Source of the DNA: a virus
Taxonomy: Duplodnaviria; Heunggongvirae; Uroviricota; Caudoviricetes
IMG/VR virus record: IMGVR_UViG_2660238209_000014
Strand: one strand, 5' to 3'
DNA length: 4,119 bases
Positions 1 through 4,119 of the stretch are shown here, piece after piece (within the stretch, counting starts at the first letter, position 1; every line of letters starts with the position of its first letter). A program made the translations under genes and the position numbers. The notes under the pieces are model-generated. The model was not told where the DNA came from. It was given only the letters and a program-made list of their open reading frames with translations, and ran no database searches.

Positions 1-314
1 CACATAAAAATTTGTACCTACGGCGGGATCCGGAGGGTTCGCGACTAAGCATTATCGCCACCGTGCCGCCCGGTTGCCCCAGAGGGAAAAATAACACCCC
101 CGCCATGCTGACCGCCGCGCCATTTCGCGGATTGCCACAACCGGAAGCGCACGATCGAATTAAATTTAACGACGACCTATACAGAGAGACTAACTTCGCC
201 GGGCGCTTTCGTGTTATGCCCTGACTTTTCAGGGATATATCCTTTTCAGTAAACTGTCAGTGCCGGATTCTTATCCGTGTCCGGCGCACGCACTCTACCT
301 CACCTGTGAATAAA

Positions 315-689
315 TTAATGATTAATTGATATTTTGTTGTTTGATTCAACTTTCCCATCGGATGTGTGATGCTTTAAATCACAGGAATTAATACTGCTCG
401 CTGTAAAATGATTTTCAAGGGGAGCTATTCGAATCCCTTTCTTTTTCATTAACAAGCCAAATCCTTTATTAATGATGTCCATTAATTCCAGGAAGTATTT
501 TTCATGTAAATCCTGGTTATCAGAGAGCTGCTTCTCTTCGTACAGACCGATAAAGGCACGACGCACGTTACCGGATATAGTATCGATGGTTTCTTTTTCT
601 ACGGTACTCAGGTCAAGAGTCGCCAGTTGAGAGCGAACCACATTCGATGCCATTTCCTGGAATGGTACTGGTAAATCTTTAAATTCCAT
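315..689 (-). CDS. hypothetical protein, second gene of the leftward two-gene cassette (124 aa from ATG at 689; 128 aa if the upstream ATG at 701 is used); no family recognised
   Basis: ORF track 315..701 minus. The ATG at 689-687 is preceded by GAGG with a 6-nt spacer (minus strand TGAGGTTGACGATGG); the ATG at 701 has no Shine-Dalgarno but overlaps the upstream stop (TGATG). Stop TAA at 317-315. The 3' half (about 321-540) is about 34% G+C by hand count, clearly lower than its neighbours. The C-terminal tail is low-complexity (Ser/Asn/His/Lys-rich). Confidence 0.55.
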   Translation of the reverse strand: MEFKDLPVPFQEMASNVVRSQLATLDLSTVEKETIDTISGNVRRAFIGLYEEKQLSDNQDLHEKYFLELMDIINKGFGLLMKKKGIRIAPLENHFTASSINSCDLKHHTSDGKVESNNKISINH

Positions 690-700
690 CGTCAACCTCA

Positions 701-940
701 TCAGTCAGTGTTTCTGGTTAACCAGCGACGCGCGCCAGCTTCAGTTTTAAACGTTTTGCTTCTGGTATACGTCATCGCGGTAAACGTGCCGTCCTGGTTG
801 GGAAACACGCCGTACACCAGAGATTCGTTGTTGCCAAGATCGATAGTATCCATGCTGACCTCATTTCCCCTTAACGCTGGGGTAGCGGAACTAAAAACCT
901 GCTGCGCTGTTATACAAAGTGTTCCCGCCGTCATGTTCAT
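701..940 (-). CDS. small hypothetical protein, first gene of the leftward cassette (79 aa longest form; alternative starts at 934 and 853, the latter giving 50 aa)
   Basis: ORF track 701..940 minus. GAGG lies 3 nt before the ATG at 940 and 9 nt before the ATG at 934. The internal ATG at 853 has the best ribosome-binding site (GAGG, 5-nt spacer). Stop TGA at 703-701 overlaps the next ATG. It sits just downstream (in the transcription direction) of an operator-like palindrome. No family recognised; a competing plus-strand ORF 708..983 has a GTG start and no RBS. Confidence 0.45.
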   Translation of the reverse strand: MNMTAGTLCITAQQVFSSATPALRGNEVSMDTIDLGNNESLVYGVFPNQDGTFTAMTYTRSKTFKTEAGARRWLTRNTD

Positions 941-1034
941 ACGCCTCGGGCTGGCTACTTACCCCCTGACCACTGCTTGGTAACTCGAAGTATTGCCCGG
1001 CGTTCTGTGGGGCGGGGTGGGTTGGTATGTTGTT

Positions 1035-1054
1035 AAGGTAACAAGAGTTACCTT
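1035..1054. promoter_or_regulatory. operator-like palindrome AAGGTAAC-AAGA-GTTACCTT (putative OL-type repressor binding site)
   Basis: Perfect 8-bp inverted arms with a 4-bp spacer. The core GTAAC-N4-GTTAC is the same as the two palindromes between the repressor and cro genes (1801-1814, 1849-1862). This 14-bp core pattern occurs exactly three times in the window, all at regulatory positions. Weaker half-site-like sequences lie nearby (980-993). Confidence 0.55.
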
Positions 1055-1096
1055 TTGGGTTAATACAATGTTGCAAAAGGTACATTTGAGGGCATG

Positions 1097-1120
1097 AAAA
1101 ACCCGCAATGAATGCGGGTT
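1097..1120 (-). terminator. Rho-independent terminator just downstream of the repressor gene (minus-strand orientation)
   Basis: 8-bp GC-rich stem (1100-1107 AACCCGCA pairing with 1113-1120 TGCGGGTT) and a 5-nt loop, followed on the minus-strand RNA by a U-run (A-run 1097-1101 on the plus strand). It begins 5 nt after the repressor stop at 1126-1128. No U-tract follows it on the plus strand, so it looks unidirectional. Confidence 0.65.
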
Positions 1121-1125
1121 CTGAC

Positions 1126-1800
1126 TCAGTCTAAGTATTGATGTATTTGTGAAACTTTACCTTTAATGGTGTAACCACCATTCAGTTCGATGGGTTTGTA
1201 AAGCGGATTCAGTGACAACAGATAGATGTTTGGTCCGTCAATCGCAACTTTTTTTAGTGTTACGTTTGGCGTTCCTTCCAATTGGATTAAGATTATTTTT
1301 CCCACCAGTTCTCTAATGTTACTTGAGCATGGTGTGATCAGCACGGTAGATCCGTCGGGGATGGTTGGGAGGCCGTTAGAGTTTGTCATCGCATCTCCCT
1401 CAACATGCAATAAAAAAGAGTTTTCAGCGGTTTTTGTCATGACATCAACCCAATTCTTAATACCAGGAATCTCGGTTACTGGACAACTCATATCCCAATA
1501 ACCAGCCTGTTCCCACGTTAAAACGGGCAACCGGGCGATGTTGTCACTAATGTAAGGGTACTGATTCAGACGCAGATCATCGGCTTTATCGTGACCGTCC
1601 TTTCCATAAAGAATCCATTCAGGAGATTTGGAAAGCAATTTTGACAGTAGATACAAATTCTCACCGTCAGGTTTTGAAGAGCCATTTTCCCATTTTGTTA
1701 CGGATACACGAGATATGCCGATTGCTTTCGCAACCTGCTGTTGGGTTAATCCAACGTCTTTTCGACGATTCCGAATACGTTCGCTGATAGTGTTTTTCAT
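1126..1800 (-). CDS. cI: CI/C2-type prophage repressor: N-terminal XRE-family HTH plus C-terminal LexA-like (S24) domain, with Ala at the catalytic Ser position
   Basis: ORF track gives 1126..1842 (238 aa). I favour the ATG at 1800 (224 aa): that N-terminus (MKNTISERIRNRRK...) matches the start of P22 C2/434-type repressors as I recall them, and it places both operator palindromes and a consensus TTGACA in the intergenic region. HTH: LTQQQVAKAIGISRVSVTKWENG. Ala-Gly cleavage-site motif (WEQAGYW) present. The S24 motif reads VEGDAMT where LexA, lambda CI, UmuD and P22 C2 have G-D/N-S-M. Lys of the dyad is retained (VTLKKV). Tail LNPLYKPIELNGGYTIKGKV parallels lambda CI [20 protein letters not shown]. 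Confidence 0.9.
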   Translation of the reverse strand: MKNTISERIRNRRKDVGLTQQQVAKAIGISRVSVTKWENGSSKPDGENLYLLSKLLSKSPEWILYGKDGHDKADDLRLNQYPYISDNIARLPVLTWEQAGYWDMSCPVTEIPGIKNWVDVMTKTAENSFLLHVEGDAMTNSNGLPTIPDGSTVLITPCSSNIRELVGKIILIQLEGTPNVTLKKVAIDGPNIYLLSLNPLYKPIELNGGYTIKGKVSQIHQYLD

Positions 1801-1891
1801 GTAACCAATGTTACTACCAAGTGATGTTGCTATGGTTGACATTGTTATGTAACTATTGTTACCCTTCTACTCGAAATAACAGGAGAGTTTT
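1798..1891. promoter_or_regulatory. OR-type divergent operator/promoter region between the repressor and cro genes
   Basis: Two near-identical sites, ATGTAACCAATGTTAC (1799-1814) and ATGTAACTATTGTTAC (1847-1862), each a GTAAC-N4-GTTAC palindrome. Consensus -35 TTGACA at 1836-1841 faces rightward, with a weak -10 candidate TACCCT at 1860-1865 (18-bp spacer) overlapping the second operator. AGGAG at 1881-1885 lies 6 nt before the cro ATG. No Shine-Dalgarno precedes either candidate repressor ATG, so the repressor mRNA may be leaderless as for lambda cI from PRM. The leftward promoter hexamers could not be assigned confidently. Confidence 0.6.
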
Positions 1892-2107
1892 ATGTTCAAA
1901 GATGATGTTCTGCGCTATTTCAAAAAAAAGCGACTAGTAGCTGAGGCTCTTGGAATTTCACATGTGGCTGTTGTGCGGTGGAAAGCAGTTATTCCCAAAC
2001 TTCGCGCAATGGAACTGGATGAAATTACTAACGGTGAATTGAAATACAACCCAGAACTTTACAAGAAGCAGGATAGCACCTCAAACGAAGGAAAGAATGA
2101 TTCATGA
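1892..2107 (+). CDS. cro: Cro-like small HTH regulator (YdaS-like)
   Basis: 71-aa ORF with a good RBS (AGGAG, 6-nt spacer). HTH segment RLVAEALGISHVAVVRWK. Divergent from the repressor gene across the operator region. Its stop TGA (2105-2107) overlaps the next ATG (2104-2106) as ATGA. Confidence 0.8.
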   Translation: MFKDDVLRYFKKKRLVAEALGISHVAVVRWKAVIPKLRAMELDEITNGELKYNPELYKKQDSTSNEGKNDS

Positions 2108-2529
2108 AAATCAAGCATGAACACATCCGCATGGCGATGAATGTCTGGGCGCATCCGGACGGCGAAAAAGTACCGGCTGCGAAAATTACCAAAGCGTATT
2201 TCGAGCTGGGAATGACGTTCCCGGAACTGTATGACGACAGCCATCCGGAAGCCCTGGCCCGTAATACCCAGAAAATTTTCCGTTGGCTGGATAAAGACAC
2301 CCCTGATGCTGTTGAAAAAATGCAGGCTCTGTTACCGGCGATCGAAAAGGCGATGCCGCCTTTGCTGGTGGCCCGTATGCGCAGCCACAGTTCTGAATAT
2401 TACCGTGAGATCGTCGAACGGAGGGATCGGCTGGTGAAGGATGTCGATGATTTTGTTGCGTCAGCGGTTGTTTTGTATGACCAGATGAATCGCGGCGGCC
2501 CGGCAGGGAATGCTGTGGTGATGCACTAA
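2104..2529 (+). CDS. ydaT: YdaT-like protein (CII functional analogue; family formerly annotated as a putative toxin)
   Basis: 141-aa ORF, translationally coupled to cro. The N-terminus MKIKHEHI and the C-terminal ...VVMH end match my recollection of Rac prophage YdaT; its position right after cro is the cII position. Identity is from memory and needs a search to confirm. Confidence 0.75.
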   Translation: MKIKHEHIRMAMNVWAHPDGEKVPAAKITKAYFELGMTFPELYDDSHPEALARNTQKIFRWLDKDTPDAVEKMQALLPAIEKAMPPLLVARMRSHSSEYYREIVERRDRLVKDVDDFVASAVVLYDQMNRGGPAGNAVVMH

Positions 2530-2551
2530 AAGCACGGTGTTCGGGGGTTTT

Positions 2552-3514
2552 ATGAGCAGCAAGCTTCATGGTCTTGTCTGGGAAGGGTGCGCCTTCACCG
2601 GCATGATCTTATCCAGGGTGGCGGTTATGGCCCGTCTTGCAGACTACAGCAATGACGAGGGCGTGTCATGGCCTGCCATTGAAACTATCCGGCGTCAGAT
2701 CGGTGCAAGAAGTGAATCCACAGTGAAATCGGCTATTGCAGAACTGGCGAAAGAGGGCTGGCTGACGAAGGAAGAGCGTAAGGTCGGTGGGCGTAATGTA
2801 AGCAATATCTATCGGCTTAATGTGGAAAAACTCGAAGCAGCTGCTGCGGCGGCGCGTGAGTCATATAAACCGAAAAGAAAAATTAGCCCGGCAAAAAATG
2901 ACCCGTTAACAGTTGACCCGTCAAATATTGACCCCTCAACGGTTGACCCGTCAAATTTTGATGGATCAACTGTTGATAAAAAACTGCCGATTAGGGGGGC
3001 GATGATTGACCCCGATCCGTCAGTATTAAAACCTGATCCGTCAGATAAAAGATCTTCTTGTCCGGACGCTTCGCAACCGGACCCGCAGACGGCTGAACAG
3101 GATTTTTTAACCCGACACCCTGACGCGGTTGTGTTCAGTGCGAAAAAACGCCAGTGGGGAAGTCAGGAAGATTTGGTGTGCGCACAGTGGATCTGGGGAC
3201 GAATCGTGAGTCTTTACGAGCAGGCGGCCAGCGATGATGGCGAGATCACTAGACCGAAAGAACCCAACTGGACAGCATGGGCCAATGACGTTCGCACAAT
3301 GCGGATGCTGGATGGCAGAACTCACAGACAAATTTGTGAAATGTTTGGGCGTCTCCAGCGGGATTCGTTCTGGGTAAAAAACATCATGAGTCCGGCAAAA
3401 CTCCGGGAAAAATGGGATGAACTGGTTATCCGCCTGGGGCGTTCGCCTGCGCAGCGTTGCGTGAATCACATTTCTGAACCGGACACTGAAATTCCGCCGG
3501 GCTTCAGGGGGTAA
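2552..3514 (+). CDS. phage replication initiation protein (lambda O-like role; N-terminal winged-HTH DNA-binding domain, Pro/Asp-rich linker, C-terminal domain)
   Basis: ORF track 2537..3514 (GTG start). I favour the ATG at 2552, preceded by GGGGG with a 4-nt spacer (320 aa). N-terminal segment LSRVAVMARLADYSNDEGVSWPAIETIRRQIGARSESTVKSAIAELAKEGWLT has the pattern of phage replication-initiator HTH domains. The origin iterons lie inside the coding sequence and encode the repetitive linker DPLTVDPSNIDPSTVDPSNFDGSTVD, as lambda ori lies inside O. Confidence 0.85.
   Translation: MSSKLHGLVWEGCAFTGMILSRVAVMARLADYSNDEGVSWPAIETIRRQIGARSESTVKSAIAELAKEGWLTKEERKVGGRNVSNIYRLNVEKLEAAAAAARESYKPKRKISPAKNDPLTVDPSNIDPSTVDPSNFDGSTVDKKLPIRGAMIDPDPSVLKPDPSDKRSSCPDASQPDPQTAEQDFLTRHPDAVVFSAKKRQWGSQEDLVCAQWIWGRIVSLYEQAASDDGEITRPKEPNWTAWANDVRTMRMLDGRTHRQICEMFGRLQRDSFWVKNIMSPAKLREKWDELVIRLGRSPAQRCVNHISEPDTEIPPGFRG
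2899..2988. repeat. replication-origin iterons: tandem ~15-bp repeats, consensus TGACCCGTCAAnnnT (4 good copies, 2 degenerate), followed by an A-rich stretch
   Basis: TGACCC(G/C) begins at 2899, 2914, 2929 and 2944, an exact 15-bp period; degenerate copies begin at 2959 and 2974. Iterons 2 and 4 (and iteron 3 with one mismatch) contain an internal dyad TTGAC-CC-GTCAA. Related repeats GATCCGTCAG occur at 3014-3023 and 3035-3044, with an A/T-rich stretch at 2974-2990. Confidence 0.7.
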
Positions 3515-3554
3515 GTGTTAATTTCTGGTCATGAGGTAATTTTCAGGAGGGCTT

Positions 3555-3977
3555 GTGGCAAAAGTTTTTACACAAGAAGAGCAGGAGAAAATTAAAGGGC
3601 AGGTTGTTGAACTCGTACGCCAGAGTGGGCGCGAGACGTTACGACAACTGGAAACTAAAACTGGGGCAACAAGATATCTGATGAGCGTTCTGGCCAGAGA
3701 GCTGGTTGCCAGTGGCGATGTATACAACTCTGGTTACGGGTTATTCCCGTCTGAACAGGCGCGTAAGGACTGGCAAAATGCCCGTAAAAAGCTCTCAAGG
3801 GCAAAGCTGAAGAAACCATCTGCGGTTGATCCGGACCTTATCTGGTCATTACCTGACGGAGAAATACGTCGCTACGACAGGCGTCTGAACATAATCTGTC
3901 TCGAGTGCCGGAAGAGCGAAGTTATGCAGCGCGTACTGGCGTTTTATCAGGGGAATTTTGAGGAGGTGGTGCGGTGA
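3555..3977 (+). CDS. hypothetical protein (140 aa) immediately downstream of the replication initiator; function unknown
   Basis: ORF with GTG start at 3555 preceded by a strong AGGAGG (3545-3550, 4-nt spacer). Basic, Lys/Arg-rich; no family recognised. It sits where lambdoid phages usually carry a helicase loader or helicase gene but is far too small to be a DnaC/P/DnaB-type protein. Confidence 0.6.
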   Translation: MAKVFTQEEQEKIKGQVVELVRQSGRETLRQLETKTGATRYLMSVLARELVASGDVYNSGYGLFPSEQARKDWQNARKKLSRAKLKKPSAVDPDLIWSLPDGEIRRYDRRLNIICLECRKSEVMQRVLAFYQGNFEEVVR

Positions 3978-3987
3978 GTGAATCAAA

Positions 3988-4119
3988 ATGCCAGTGAACC
4001 GCCCCGGGTTTCCTGGAGAGTGTTTTATCTGTGAACTCAGGCTGCCAGATCATCGTTTCCGATGGAAGCATAATAAGCTTTTTCTGCTTCTGCCGGAGGA
4101 GTATGGCCCAGCCTTCCCA
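3988..4119 (+). CDS. 5' end of a further rightward gene (partial; runs off the window)
   Basis: ATG at 3988 opens a frame that stays open to the window end (44 codons: MPVNRPGFPGECFICELRLPDHRFRWKHNKLF...). A GGTGAG SD-like sequence lies about 9 nt upstream, overlapping the stop of the preceding gene. Too short to identify. Confidence 0.3.
   Translation, partial: MPVNRPGFPGECFICELRLPDHRFRWKHNKLFLLLPEEYGPAFP

Noticed and set aside
12-224. Plus-strand ORF (70 aa) at the left edge as a real gene
   Set aside because: TTG start, no Shine-Dalgarno, and a Pro/Arg/Gly-rich translation typical of random frames in GC-rich DNA. Kept only as an open question in the findings.
262-285. GCCGGA...TCCGGC hairpin as terminator of the leftward cassette
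   Set aside because: Only a 6-bp stem with a 12-nt loop and no U-tract on the leftward transcript, so it is not a convincing intrinsic terminator.
708-983. Plus-strand ORF (91 aa) overlapping the first cassette gene
   Set aside because: GTG start with no ribosome-binding site, hydrophobic junk-like translation, and antisense to an ORF that has RBS support and stop/start coupling to its neighbour. It would also read into the operator and terminator region. Treated as a shadow frame, though not formally excluded.
891-1085. Minus-strand ORF (64 aa) across the 940-1095 interval
   Set aside because: Lies across the putative operator/promoter region in a different frame from the 701..940 ORF, with no RBS and a low-complexity translation.
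1226-1501. Plus-strand ORF (91 aa) inside the repressor gene
   Set aside because: Entirely antisense to the well-supported repressor CDS.
2227-2240. LexA-box-like CTGT-N6-ACAG
   Set aside because: The spacing is 6 rather than the 8 of the CTGT-N8-ACAG SOS box, and it lies inside the YdaT-like coding sequence. No properly spaced SOS box was found anywhere in the window.
2028-2569. Minus-strand ORFs 2028..2300, 2059..2244 and 2186..2569, and plus-strand ORF 2231..2437
   Set aside because: All overlap the cro and YdaT-like genes on the opposite strand or in an alternative frame. Translations are Arg/Cys/Pro-rich in the way GC-rich antisense frames usually are.
2899-2988. Tandem repeats as a possible CRISPR array
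   Set aside because: The period is only 15 bp with no unique spacers; the repeats lie inside a coding sequence and fit replication-origin iterons.
3107-3469. Minus-strand ORF (120 aa) inside the replication initiator gene
   Set aside because: Antisense shadow of a confidently assigned CDS.
3518-3727. Minus-strand ORF (69 aa) overlapping the start of the 140-aa gene
   Set aside because: Overlaps the strong AGGAGG RBS and 5' end of the plus-strand gene; Ser/Thr/Cys-rich shadow translation.
4095-4105. GGAGGAG followed by ATG at 4103 as a separate gene start
   Set aside because: The spacer is too short (1-3 nt), and the ATG is out of frame with, and internal to, the open frame that starts at 3988.

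Overview
This window reads as the immunity and early-replication region of a lambdoid (enterobacterial-type) prophage. From left to right: an unassigned ~300 bp GC-rich segment with hairpin and repeat structure; a leftward pair of small uncharacterised genes (940 to 315, minus strand) separated from the repressor gene by a terminator and an operator-like palindrome; a CI/C2-type repressor (minus strand) whose LexA-like peptidase domain has Ala in place of the catalytic Ser; a short divergent operator/promoter region with two near-identical GTAAC-N4-GTTAC palindromes; then rightward a Cro-like gene translationally coupled to a YdaT-like (CII-analogue) gene, an O-like replication initiator with the origin iterons inside its coding sequence, a 140-aa unknown gene, and the 5' end of a further gene. 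No rRNA, tRNA, CRISPR array or transposase is visible. The best candidate for something undescribed is the leftward two-gene cassette at the head of the operator-controlled early-left operon; neither product matches a family I can name. All homology statements are from reading the translations and from memory of family motifs; no database search was run.
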